DNA of 64,000 nucleotides from Syntrophobacteraceae bacterium (GCA_018053185.1 JAGPLX010000009.1:266-64265); one strand, 5' to 3'. Positions 53,376 to 61,619 are shown, counted from the stretch's first letter. The notes: a model not told the origin generated them from the sequence alone. Translations and numbers: made by a program.

Positions 53376-54857
53376 TTAAAGGAGAACCCGCCAGCGTGTG
53401 CCCTGAGGGGTGTCTTCCAGTTGGATCCTCTTTTGCTCGAGCTCCCCGCGGATACGGTCTGCTTCGGCAAAGTTTTTCTCCTGCCTGGCTTTCCGGCGCA
53501 GTTGGATGAGGCGTTCCACTTCCTCCTCGGTCATGCCGGTGGACTGGATTTTCAAGGATCGCTGTTCCTGCTCGAAAACTTCGGGGTCCCGCGTGAGAAG
53601 GCCTAGAATCCGGGCATGGTCCCTGAGGGCACTCGAGGCCTTCCAGGTCAAGGCTCCAGCTGGGCCCTTGAGCTTTTTCCGGCCGAATCGGTCCAGGAAT
53701 CGTTGCAGGTGGCGCTGAAGAGCGAAGAGATGGCCGATGGCCTGGGCCGTGTTGAAATCGTTGTCCATGGCCTCATGGAAAAGGGTAGGAAGCGTTTCGA
53801 CGGCTTCCCACAGCTCCGTGTCCTGCTCTTTCAGTACCCCTTCCCCAAAGCCTCCGGAGGGAGGGCCGCTTCTTTGGAGGCCGTCCCCCAGAGTGCCGTA
53901 GAGGCGCTCGAGGCCACGGTCGGCCTCTCCCACCGATTCATCGGAAAAATCCACGGGGCTGCGGTAATGCTTGCTCAAGAGGAAGAGGCGCAGCGCTTCG
54001 GGGTGAACCCTCTTCAGCACATCCCGAATGGTGAAGAAATTCCCCAGGGATTTTGACATCTTCTCGTTGTTGATGTTCACAAATCCATTGTGGATCCAAT
54101 AGCGAACAAACGGCACTCCAAAGGCGGCTTCGCTCTGGGCGATTTCGTTTTCATGATGGGGGAAGATAAGGTCCCTGCCCCCTCCATGGATGTCGAAGGT
54201 CGCCCCCAGGTACCGTTTTCCCATGGCCGAACATTCGATATGCCACCCGGGGCGTCCCGGCCCCCAGGGGGAATCCCAGGAGGGTTCCCCCGGCTTGCTC
54301 CCCTTCCATAGGACAAAATCCAGAGGATTTCGTTTGTGGACATCCACCTCCACCCGGGCCCCCGCCAGCATGTCTTCCAGTCGGCGTCCGGAGAGTTTCC
54401 CATAGTCCGCGAACTTCTCCACCTCGAAATAGACGTCCTTCCCCGACTGGTAGGCGAAGCCCTTGTCCATGAGGCGTCCGATGATCTCGATCATCTCGGG
54501 AATGTGGTCCGTCGCCAGGGGTTCCACAGTGGGAGGCAAGGTGCCGAGCGAATCCATGTCCTTGCTGAAACTGGCGATGTAGCGGTCTGCCACCGTCCGG
54601 AAGTCGGAGTTTTCCTCGGAACAGCGGCGGAGGATCTTGTCGTCGATGTCCGTAAAATTCCGCACGTAGGTGACCTCGAAACCCAGGTGAGTGAGATATC
54701 GGTAGATCACATCGAAGACAATGGCGGACCGGGCGTGCCCGATATGACCCAGGTCGTAGACGGTCACCCCGCAGACATACAACCGGACCTTTCCGGGTTC
54801 GAGAGGGACGAACTCTTCCTTGCGTTTGGTGAGGGTATTGTAGACCTGTAATGCCAT
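53376..54857 (-). CDS. cysS: Cysteine--tRNA ligase
   Basis: MALQVYNTLTKRKEEF...YVCGVTVYDLGHIGHARS (HIGH) and KMSKSLGNF (KMSKS). Confidence 0.95.
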   Translation of the reverse strand: MALQVYNTLTKRKEEFVPLEPGKVRLYVCGVTVYDLGHIGHARSAIVFDVIYRYLTHLGFEVTYVRNFTDIDDKILRRCSEENSDFRTVADRYIASFSKDMDSLGTLPPTVEPLATDHIPEMIEIIGRLMDKGFAYQSGKDVYFEVEKFADYGKLSGRRLEDMLAGARVEVDVHKRNPLDFVLWKGSKPGEPSWDSPWGPGRPGWHIECSAMGKRYLGATFDIHGGGRDLIFPHHENEIAQSEAAFGVPFVRYWIHNGFVNINNEKMSKSLGNFFTIRDVLKRVHPEALRLFLLSKHYRSPVDFSDESVGEADRGLERLYGTLGDGLQRSGPPSGGFGEGVLKEQDTELWEAVETLPTLFHEAMDNDFNTAQAIGHLFALQRHLQRFLDRFGRKKLKGPAGALTWKASSALRDHARILGLLTRDPEVFEQEQRSLKIQSTGMTEEEVERLIQLRRKARQEKNFAEADRIRGELEQKRIQLEDTPQGTRWRVLL

Positions 54858-55303
54858 TTCCTTCGGATCTCCTTGCCTCTCTCACCAGGGGGGAGAGGGA
54901 TCTTCCTTCCTTTGACGAAAAGGATCTCCAGGACCTTCCTCTCTCGATGAAAGGAGTTGGCGGCAGGTGAAAAGCCTGAATGCGGATCAACCACGTGCAC
55001 ACAACCGAAGGATCACGGTTCCATGCCCATAATATCATCCCCGCAATTCCTGAAAACATCTCCATGGAATAGAGAATGGGGAAGGCGCCGGATAGGCGGA
55101 GCCATGCGAACGTCCTCGAACGAGTGAGTGTCGGAGGATTTCGCTCATCGACTTCCCTCGTCCTTCGACCCGGGATCCGGAACCCGCATCCTCTCGGGCC
55201 TGCCGTTGGATGGACCCTGACTCATGCGGACCCGTACCAACCCGTGAAGCTGCTTTTGTGCCGGGGTGCAATGATCTGAAGCCCAAGTTCCCGCCCTGGC
55301 CCG

Positions 55304-55795
55304 TCATCTGGTGCCGGGGCAGGTCTTTCTTTCCAGGAGGACCGTCGCGTAAGCGGCAATTCCTTCCTCGCGCCCGGCAAATCCCAGGTGTTCCGTTGTG
55401 GTCGCCTTCACGTTGATGGTTTCCGGACGGGCCCCTGTCACCCGGGAGATCTCCTCGATCATCCGGGGAATATAAGGTGCGAGGCGAGGCTTCTGGCAGA
55501 CGATGGTGCAGTCGATATTTCCGAGATCCCAGCCCTTTTCCCGGATCAGCCTCATAGTCCTTTCGAGGAGAATCAGGCTCGATATCCCCTTGAATTCCGG
55601 GTCCGAGTCCGGAAAATGACAACCGATATCTCCCAGGGACGCGGCTCCGAGCAGTCCGTCACAAATGGCATGGAGCAGGACGTCGGCATCGGAATGCCCC
55701 AGGAGGCCGCAGGAATGGGGAATCACAACCCCGCCCAGGACCAACGGGCGATCCGAAACCAATCCATGCACGTCGTATCCAAAACCCACCCGCAT
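55304..55795 (-). CDS. ispF: 2-C-methyl-D-erythritol 2,4-cyclodiphosphate synthase
   Basis: MRVGFGYDVHGL...LLGHSDADVLLHAICDGLLGAA..GDIG..FPD and ATTTEHLGFAGREEGIAA. Confidence 0.93.
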   Translation of the reverse strand: MRVGFGYDVHGLVSDRPLVLGGVVIPHSCGLLGHSDADVLLHAICDGLLGAASLGDIGCHFPDSDPEFKGISSLILLERTMRLIREKGWDLGNIDCTIVCQKPRLAPYIPRMIEEISRVTGARPETINVKATTTEHLGFAGREEGIAAYATVLLERKTCPGTR

Positions 55796-55856
55796 GCAAG
55801 CCCTTTTGGGGCAGAACCCCCCGGGACGAACTACAGCCCGAACCCGGCGGCAGCCG

Positions 55857-56579
55857 TCAGGATCCCTCCCGGCAGGAACCCCAGTACCAGGCCGCCCACT
55901 CCATATCGGCGGGGGTGGTGACTTTAATGTTCGTGCGCTCTCCTCCCACCACCGCCACAGTCCTTCCCAGGCGCTCGATCAAGGCGGCATCGTCCGTGGC
56001 GACCCATCCGTTCCGTCTCGCAGCTTGATAGGCTTCCAGAAGGAGATCCCTGCGGAAGACCTGCGGCGTTTGCACCAGCCAGATCTCTTCCCGAGCCAGG
56101 GTCTCCATCACCTGCCCTTGCCGCACCCTCTTCACCGTATCGGTGGCTGGGACCGCCGTGATGGCCGCCCCGCTTCGCTGGGCCGTCCTCCAGGTTTCTT
56201 CCAACAGCCGAAGGGATACAAAGGGGCGAACCCCGTCATGAATCAGGACCCACTCGACCTCGGTGGGAAGAGCACTGAGGGCGTTGAAAACACTGTCCTG
56301 ACGCTCCGGCCCCCCCGCAATGACTTGAATGGCGCCGGAGCTTCGACCCCGCCCGCCGGAAACCGCTTCCATCACCCTTCGAACAAGTTCCTGGGATTCG
56401 CCTAGATAATCCTCGGGGACCACCAAAATGGTGCCTCCCAGGAAAGAGGTTTCGCAGACCTTTGTCAAGGTGTGGTACAGAATGGGCTTTCCCGCGATTT
56501 CAAGGAACTGTTTGGGGATTTTTTCCCCCATTCTGAGGCCGCGTCCTGCAGCCGCGATGACTGCATAAGTGTTCACCAT
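55857..56579 (-). CDS. ispD: 2-C-methyl-D-erythritol 4-phosphate cytidylyltransferase
   Basis: [29 protein letters not shown] and VQTPQVF. It lies upstream of ispF. Confidence 0.9.
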   Translation of the reverse strand: MVNTYAVIAAAGRGLRMGEKIPKQFLEIAGKPILYHTLTKVCETSFLGGTILVVPEDYLGESQELVRRVMEAVSGGRGRSSGAIQVIAGGPERQDSVFNALSALPTEVEWVLIHDGVRPFVSLRLLEETWRTAQRSGAAITAVPATDTVKRVRQGQVMETLAREEIWLVQTPQVFRRDLLLEAYQAARRNGWVATDDAALIERLGRTVAVVGGERTNIKVTTPADMEWAAWYWGSCREGS

Positions 56580-56604
56580 ACGGGAAACGTTTCAACAGAG
56601 AAAA

Positions 56605-56986
56605 AAGGGAGTCTGGAGCAGATCATAAGCCGGGTTCTGTTCCCTGTCCCCTCGAGGAAACAGGGTGACGATCATTCCTCTAGCCTCACCGTTGCCGATG
56701 AGGTCCAGCAACCTACCCGAGAGCTCGGACGGGCCGCCCTCAAACGCTCTCCTATTTGGTCTTGCACCGGATGGGGCTTGCCTAGCTCCCGATGTCACCA
56801 TCGGGACTGGTGAGCTCTTACCTCACCGTTTCACCCTTACCCCGCTCGAGGCGTGGCGGTTTGCTTTCTGTGGCGCTATCCTCCTCGTCACCGAGACTGG
56901 GCGTTACCCAGCATCCTGCCCTGTGGAGCCCGGACTTTCCTCCCGTTCCACCGACGCGGAACCAGCGATCATCTGCTCTACTCCAA
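56605..56986 (-). ncRNA. rnpB: RNase P RNA, bacterial type A
   Basis: The minus strand reads GGAGUAGAGCAGAU...GGGAGGAAAGUCCGGGCUCCACAGGGCAG...GGUAAGGGUGAAACGGUG...ACAGAACCCGGCUUAUGAUCUGCUCCAGACUCC. The universally conserved GGAAAGUCCGG and ACAGAACCCGGCUUA blocks are present, and the 5' and 3' ends pair as P1. Length is about 380 nt, and a U-run follows. Confidence 0.85.
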
Positions 56987-57109
56987 ACTCCCAACCGAAT
57001 ACCCGGCAAAATCTCCCGTGATTCGGGAAAAAACCTAAATCCAGGGATCACATAACAGAGCGCCCATGACTTTTCAAGATCCGAATGGACGGCAAACAGC
57101 CGAAGAGGG

Positions 57110-57811
57110 TTACCCGCGGAGAGCCTCCTCACATCGCCTTGTGAGTTCCTTGAGAGAGCTCTCGAGGTTTCTCCTCATTGTATCCAGGTCTTTGGAGGAA
57201 GACTCCGGATCGACCCAAATGGGGGAGCCGAAAGCCAGGAAAACATGACCAAAGGGCTTCACAAGGACCGTTCGATCCCAGGTCGGAAAGCGCCAGCACG
57301 GCCGGGCAGCCATGCTTACGGGAACCAGGGGAGCCCCTGTATGGCGGGCCAGGATCAGGATTCCCTTCTGGGCAATCAGGGGAGGGCCCTGGGAACCGTC
57401 GGCGATGAGGCCGCCGGGATATCCCGCACGAATGTGACCGATCATCCTGCGCAGTGCGGTGCCGCCGCCCTTGTCTCGAGAACCCCGAGCACTCTGGAAT
57501 CCCATGTACTCGAGCACGCGTGCCATCCACTCCCCGTCCCGGCTTCGGCTGACCATGAGCATTCCATTCCGGTCTCGAAAATGATAAACGACGGCCGGAT
57601 AGGCGAAATGCCAGCAGGCATAGAGCACGGCGGGACCATGGGATAAAGCTTCCTCCTCATGGTGCGTGCCAAGCAGTGTGAAACGGCAGCTCCAGTGCCA
57701 AAGGCGGAGCGCCCCTCCCAGGAGGGGCGGGAGGAACGGCATCCGGTCCGCCAGAATGGCTCGCTGACGTTCCCCGTTGGGTGTCCGTCGGCTGACAGTC
57801 TCCTCAACCAT
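57110..57811 (-). CDS. DUF374-domain protein (lysophospholipid acyltransferase superfamily)
   Basis: AVLYACWHFAYPAVVYHFRDRNGMLMVSRSRDGEWMARVLEYMGFQSARGS..KGG...GGLIADGSQGP is the recalled DUF374 pattern. ATG 57811 follows GGAGG. Confidence 0.7.
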   Translation of the reverse strand: MVEETVSRRTPNGERQRAILADRMPFLPPLLGGALRLWHWSCRFTLLGTHHEEEALSHGPAVLYACWHFAYPAVVYHFRDRNGMLMVSRSRDGEWMARVLEYMGFQSARGSRDKGGGTALRRMIGHIRAGYPGGLIADGSQGPPLIAQKGILILARHTGAPLVPVSMAARPCWRFPTWDRTVLVKPFGHVFLAFGSPIWVDPESSSKDLDTMRRNLESSLKELTRRCEEALRG

Positions 57812-57844
57812 CAATATCGACCTCCATAGAATGGATCTTCCTCC

Positions 57845-58381
57845 ATGAACGTAAGGGGCGATAATATAGCACTGATTGGATTTCGAACAACAGGGAAGAG
57901 CAGCGTAGGGAGGATTCTTGCCCGCGAGTTGGGAAAAATCTTCGTGGACATGGACGAATTTTTGACCCACTCCTTCGGAACCACCATCGATTGCTGGGTG
58001 CGGCGCCACGGGTGGAAATCCTTTCGGAGGGAGGAATCGGATCTCCTCTTACGACTTGCCCAAATGGACGGAGTGGTGGTGGCTACGGGAGGCGGAGTCG
58101 TTCTGGACGCCACCAACCGAGAGATTCTGAAACGCTCCTTCGAGGTCGTATGGCTCAGGGCTTCACCGGACGCCATCGAATCCCGCATCCTGGCGGATCC
58201 GGCCTCCGCCACGCAGCGCCCTCCTCTTTCCACGCTGCCCCTGCGCGAGGAAATCGAAACCCTGCTTCAGGAACGATCGGCCCTGTATGCGGCCACGGCT
58301 CATGTCTCCCTGGATACGGACACCCTGAGTGAGGAAAGGGTGGCAGAAGAGGTACTCCGTCTTCTCCAGATGGAAAAGTGA
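57845..58381 (+). CDS. aroK: Shikimate kinase
   Basis: NIALIGFRTTGKSSVGRILAREL (P-loop), DMDEF and VVATGGGVV. No clear SD precedes the ATG. Confidence 0.9.
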   Translation: MNVRGDNIALIGFRTTGKSSVGRILARELGKIFVDMDEFLTHSFGTTIDCWVRRHGWKSFRREESDLLLRLAQMDGVVVATGGGVVLDATNREILKRSFEVVWLRASPDAIESRILADPASATQRPPLSTLPLREEIETLLQERSALYAATAHVSLDTDTLSEERVAEEVLRLLQMEK

Positions 58382-58419
58382 GACCGGAGGGGGAACTGCC
58401 ACTGCTCTTCAAGATGACA

Positions 58420-58483
58420 CTCCTAACGAATAAGGATAGATCGTGAGAGCGAAGCGATCCACGATCTATCCTTATTCGTTAGG
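58420..58483 (-). repeat. attC-like site of cassette 1 (array-terminal)
   Basis: Plus strand: TCCTAAC-GAATAAGGATAGATCGTG-[AGAGCGAAGCGATC]-CACGATCTATCCTTATTC-GTTAGGC. The 24-bp stem is perfect (58421-58444 / 58459-58482) with no bulges. Confidence 0.6.
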
Positions 58484-58494
58484 CGCACGATGGA

Positions 58495-59166
58495 TCACTC
58501 CGGCATGAAGGTTCCGACTACGGCCAGGATCAGGAATAGACCTCCCAGCACGATGAGCACAATGTTTGCCGTGCTGTAGCTATCGTTACGCCCTTCCGCG
58601 ATGTCTCCTGCGTACCGCTCATTGACCCGCTGTGCCGCTTGTTGCACCGGCAAGATCGGAATGAACGTCGCGAGACTGATGAGCCACCAGGGATCCGGAA
58701 GGCGCCACGTGATGTTCAGAACCAGATAAAACGTCGCGAGGACTCCCGAACTCCAATCGATCGGCGTTCCCGTTGACAGTGCCAAGGCGCGTATTCTCTT
58801 GAACAAGGAGAACCCCCAGAGTGGCGCGAAGAAGGCTCTCCAAAACGGGCTCAGATTCTCGCCGGAGGCCTGCTTGAGCCGCTTCCAGTTCTGGTAGCAC
58901 CAATAGAGCTCGTAGATGCCGAAGCTGCAGATAGAAAGGACGACGAACTTGTGGGTCGCCACGGGAAACAGCGGCAAGGAGCTGACCCCGGGCGTCGCAG
59001 GCATCTGGGTCTGCTCGGAGTCGGGCGGCTCCGTGGCTCCGGCTGTAGCCTCGCCCGGATGTGCGGGCCCAAGGGCGAAAGCGCCGAGCGGTCGCCCACA
59101 TTGGACACACGTACGGGCCAAGTCGGACACGCTGTGGCCGCAGTCTGGACATGTCCTCAAGGCCAT
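58495..59166 (-). CDS. Cassette 1: zinc-ribbon plus DUF4234-like membrane protein
   Basis: N-terminal CPDCGH...CVQCG, a Pro/Thr linker, then FVVLSICSFGIYELYWCYQNWKRL (the DUF4234-type motif) and further TM helices. The SD is AAGGGGGA. Confidence 0.6.
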   Translation of the reverse strand: MALRTCPDCGHSVSDLARTCVQCGRPLGAFALGPAHPGEATAGATEPPDSEQTQMPATPGVSSLPLFPVATHKFVVLSICSFGIYELYWCYQNWKRLKQASGENLSPFWRAFFAPLWGFSLFKRIRALALSTGTPIDWSSGVLATFYLVLNITWRLPDPWWLISLATFIPILPVQQAAQRVNERYAGDIAEGRNDSYSTANIVLIVLGGLFLILAVVGTFMPE

Positions 59167-59209
59167 TCTTGTTCCCCCTTCATGTGGCTGAAGAAACGCG
59201 CTCTCGTGC

Positions 59210-59270
59210 GCCTAACGCTGGGCATCAGCTGCGCGGCTATGCCGCGTCGGCCTGGATGCCCTTGTTCGAT
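59210..59270 (-). repeat. attC-like site of cassette 2
   Basis: Plus strand: GCCTAAC-gct-GGGCATC-agctg-CGCGGC-tat-GCCGCG-tcggcctg-GATGCCC-tt-GTTCGAT. The extra unpaired bases are on the plus-strand 3' arm. Confidence 0.7.
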
Positions 59271-59279
59271 CATTCATTT

Positions 59280-59810
59280 TCAGAGATTTTTGTGCTCAAA
59301 CCAAACAAACAACCAGATGATTCCAGCCCAGAATACCGGAATTATGAACCAGGTTGAGATGTTCAATAGATCGGCTACACCAATTTTACCGAAGTCCTTC
59401 CAGGCAAGAATCGTGGATTTGAAAAAAGGATAGAGCTCGGCGTAGACAGCCGCCCCTACTACCATGCCTGCAATAGCGAAGACTGCGTGCCAGCGTCCCT
59501 CGCCAAGAGCACCTATGGAGGTTCCCGGACAAAAACCCATTACTGCCCAGCCGCAGCCGAAAAGAGCACCTCCAACCAAGACGGCGCCCAGGTTCATGGA
59601 CTTGTGGCTCAAGGTAATGATTTCGGCGCTGGCGAGAAATTGAATTCCTATCATGCCGACCAGTACGGCAGACAGCATAAACTTGAAGATAGTCATGTCC
59701 TTCAGGAGCATGGCACCGACCTGCTTTTCAAAGCGCAGAACGCGGCCCTTCTGCAGAAGGAACCCGAAGAATATGCCCGTGATCAAGCCAAGTATTTGAT
59801 CTATGTTCAT
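59280..59810 (-). CDS. Cassette 2, gene 2: YeeE/YedE-family (sulfur-transport type) membrane protein, second half-transporter
   Basis: MNIDQILGLITGIFFGFLLQKG..., with a conserved GFCPGT motif and hydrophobic sequence throughout. Its ATG overlaps the stop of the upstream gene (ATGA 59807-59810). Confidence 0.7.
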   Translation of the reverse strand: MNIDQILGLITGIFFGFLLQKGRVLRFEKQVGAMLLKDMTIFKFMLSAVLVGMIGIQFLASAEIITLSHKSMNLGAVLVGGALFGCGWAVMGFCPGTSIGALGEGRWHAVFAIAGMVVGAAVYAELYPFFKSTILAWKDFGKIGVADLLNISTWFIIPVFWAGIIWLFVWFEHKNL

Positions 59811-60349
59811 GATGATATCCTCCTGTACAAAAGTCCGGCAACGATGACCCCGGTACCGAAGAACATGGCCAATGCGATGAAAGAACTGACCGACAACTGC
59901 ATCATGCCACTGAGACCGTGACCACTTGGACAGCCGTCTGCCATGCGGGCACCTATCATGGCCACAATACCTCCCAGAAAGGCTCCTGCGGCTCGTTTTC
60001 CTATTGATGGGCCGAACCGCTCTTGCCAAGTCGGCGGAACACTTTCCAGCTTGAAGCTCCTGTCGGTTTTGGATGAGATCAAGGCCCCGAAGAATATCCC
60101 GATAACGAGCATGAACTGCCAATCCACACGTACTTTTTCCTTGGTGAAGTATTCGTTGGCAGCGACTCTCTCAGGAAAGACCGTCCGTTCAATCAGCCCT
60201 GCGGCACGCACAAAGGTCGTTGATGCGCCGAGATAATTAGTCTTTCCCATCCATTGAGTAGTTGCATACACCGAAACGATAGCCAGCACTCCTAACAACG
60301 CCCCCGCCAGATACGGACTCCAACCACCATCGTCTGTCATCAACTTCAT
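59807..60349 (-). CDS. Cassette 2, gene 1: YeeE/YedE-family membrane protein, first half-transporter
   Basis: SPYLAGALLGVLAIVS..., with the conserved DGCPSGHG motif. A strong SD (AAAGGAGGAG) lies 6 nt before ATG 60349. Confidence 0.7.
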   Translation of the reverse strand: MKLMTDDGGWSPYLAGALLGVLAIVSVYATTQWMGKTNYLGASTTFVRAAGLIERTVFPERVAANEYFTKEKVRVDWQFMLVIGIFFGALISSKTDRSFKLESVPPTWQERFGPSIGKRAAGAFLGGIVAMIGARMADGCPSGHGLSGMMQLSVSSFIALAMFFGTGVIVAGLLYRRISS

Positions 60350-60376
60350 CGCTATCTCCTCCTTTCATGTGCTTGT

Positions 60377-60559
60377 ATCGAACGGGGCGTGCAATAAGCC
60401 GCCGACCGAGCGAAGCGACACCGAAGTGGCAAAGCCACGAGGGGTCGCTTCATTGCGTTGATAGGTGGAGCGCCTTCGGCGCGACACCTGAAACGCAATC
60501 ATTGCACGCCCCGATAGGATGGAGCGCCGAAGGCGGTCCATCCTATCTACAGGTTAGGC
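60377..60559 (-). repeat. attC-like site of cassette 3, apparently interrupted by a 129-bp TIR-bounded insert (60384-60512)
   Basis: Cores are ATCGAAC (60377-83) and GTTAGGC (60553-59). Removing 60384-60512 leaves a 54-bp site: ATCGAAC-GATAGGATGGA-loop-TCCATCCTATC-tacag-GTTAGGC. The insert ends are GGGGCGTGCAAT / ATTGCACGCCCC. Confidence 0.55.
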
Positions 60560-60616
60560 CTCACCCACAGGCGCAATGCATTCACTTGAACAGCCCGGGA
60601 AGCATGAGACCCGCTA

Positions 60617-61231
60617 CTAACCAAAGCGCTGTCTTGATGCCCTTGAGAGTTGAGGTGTAGTCAGGCTGTGGTGGGAGCGGAGGCGGATCCGGTTCAATGG
60701 CGGGTTGTGCGGCGTCCTCGTCAGTGGGGCTACTGGAGATCGTCTGTGGCGCTGTCTCTCGACGCAGCAGCCGTACCGAAAGTACGACGGCCTGCGTTGC
60801 GCTGCCGTGAATGAATAGACGACATCATCTCTTCCGGCGCTTAACAACTGGGCGGAAGCGACTAAAGCCGCTCTGAGGAAAAGCTCCTCGGGGATCGTTT
60901 CAAAGGTGGTTCCCTCTACTTCGACCGTTCGACACTCTGATGCGCCGCAGACGGAGCAACAGGGGCTGCTTCCGACGCTTGCACCGAGCCATTCCTCCAT
61001 CGGTCTCCCCGCAATCCAAATGCGGTTGGATTCCGATGGGTTCGCCTTGAACGATCTCTCATCTATCTCCCTTATCTCGAAAGTTGGCTCAATGCCCAGC
61101 GGCCGGAGGGCCTGTTTGAGTTTTTCGACTGCGCTCTGCATCTCTTGATATGTAGCACTACAGCGATCACATGTCTTGCCCTCGGGGCTCACAAGCCTCT
61201 GCCAAAGGATCGGTAGCGGTTTCATCGACAC
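60617..61231 (-). CDS. Cassette 3: DUF2703-like Cys-motif protein with an atypical ~80-aa basic C-terminal extension
   Basis: The GTG start lies 7 nt after AAGGAGG. EGKTCDRCSATYQEM...LRPLGIEPTFEIREID...SNRIWIAGRPMEEWL...SPCCSVCGASECRTVEVEGTTFETIPEELF resembles the recalled DUF2703 layout. The tail is low-complexity (RRPSYFRYGCCVERQRHRRSP...). Confidence 0.5.
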   Translation of the reverse strand: MSMKPLPILWQRLVSPEGKTCDRCSATYQEMQSAVEKLKQALRPLGIEPTFEIREIDERSFKANPSESNRIWIAGRPMEEWLGASVGSSPCCSVCGASECRTVEVEGTTFETIPEELFLRAALVASAQLLSAGRDDVVYSFTAAQRRPSYFRYGCCVERQRHRRSPVAPLTRTPHNPPLNRIRLRSHHSLTTPQLSRASRQRFG

Positions 61232-61248
61232 GATCTCACCTCCTTGGC

Positions 61249-61320
61249 GTCTAACGCAAAGCTCACCTGCCGCTATGGAGCGCCAGCGGAATAGCGGTCA
61301 GGTGGAGCGCCTTGTTATGC
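61249..61320 (-). repeat. attC-like site of cassette 4
   Basis: Plus strand: GTCTAAC-gcaaa-GCTC-ACCTG-CCGCTAT-[14-nt loop]-ATAGCGG-T-CAGGT-G-GAGC-gcctt-GTTATGC. There are single-base bulges at T61298 and G61304. Confidence 0.75.
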
Positions 61321-61614
61321 CTTCTTTCCCCTCTTTTTCCAATAGTCGGGTTCTCTGTTGAGGTGCATGACAGCGATTATAAATACCTCTTCATCTGTAA
61401 TTTGGTATATGACCCCGTATGGGAAACGATTTGTTAAACATCTTCTGGTATTTGCAGAAAGTGGAGACCAAGCATAAGGAAAGGAAAGAATATTTTGAAT
61501 TGCCAAGTAGACTTCTTTTGCAAATTCCAATCCGAGACCATTTCGACACTCATTATAATAAGCGATAGCATCATTTAACTCCTTTTCGGCATTGGGATGG
61601 AAAGAATAATTCAA
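61315..61614 (-). CDS. Cassette 4: ParE/RelE-family toxin
   Basis: NYSFHPNAEKELNDAIAYY...FPYGVIYQITDEEVFIIAVMHLNREP is the plasmid-stabilisation/ParE pattern. The start is TTG, 5 nt after the antitoxin stop. The stop lies inside the attC core. Confidence 0.8.
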   Translation of the reverse strand: MNYSFHPNAEKELNDAIAYYNECRNGLGLEFAKEVYLAIQNILSFPYAWSPLSANTRRCLTNRFPYGVIYQITDEEVFIIAVMHLNREPDYWKKRGKKA

Positions 61615-61619
61615 GAACT

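Noticed and set aside
54151-55622. Minus-strand ORFs of 304 aa and 195 aa spanning the ispF-cysS gap.
   Set aside because: They are out-of-frame overlaps with cysS and ispF respectively. Their composition is R/G/P-rich, and the parts within the gap are short and lack an SD.
56592-57132. Several 60-118-aa ORFs on both strands.
   Set aside because: The region is fully explained by RNase P RNA (conserved GGAAAGUCCGG and ACAGAACCCGGCUUA blocks).
60367-60660. A 97-aa plus-strand ORF.
   Set aside because: It reads straight through the composite attC palindromes. It has no SD and is opposite to the cassette orientation.
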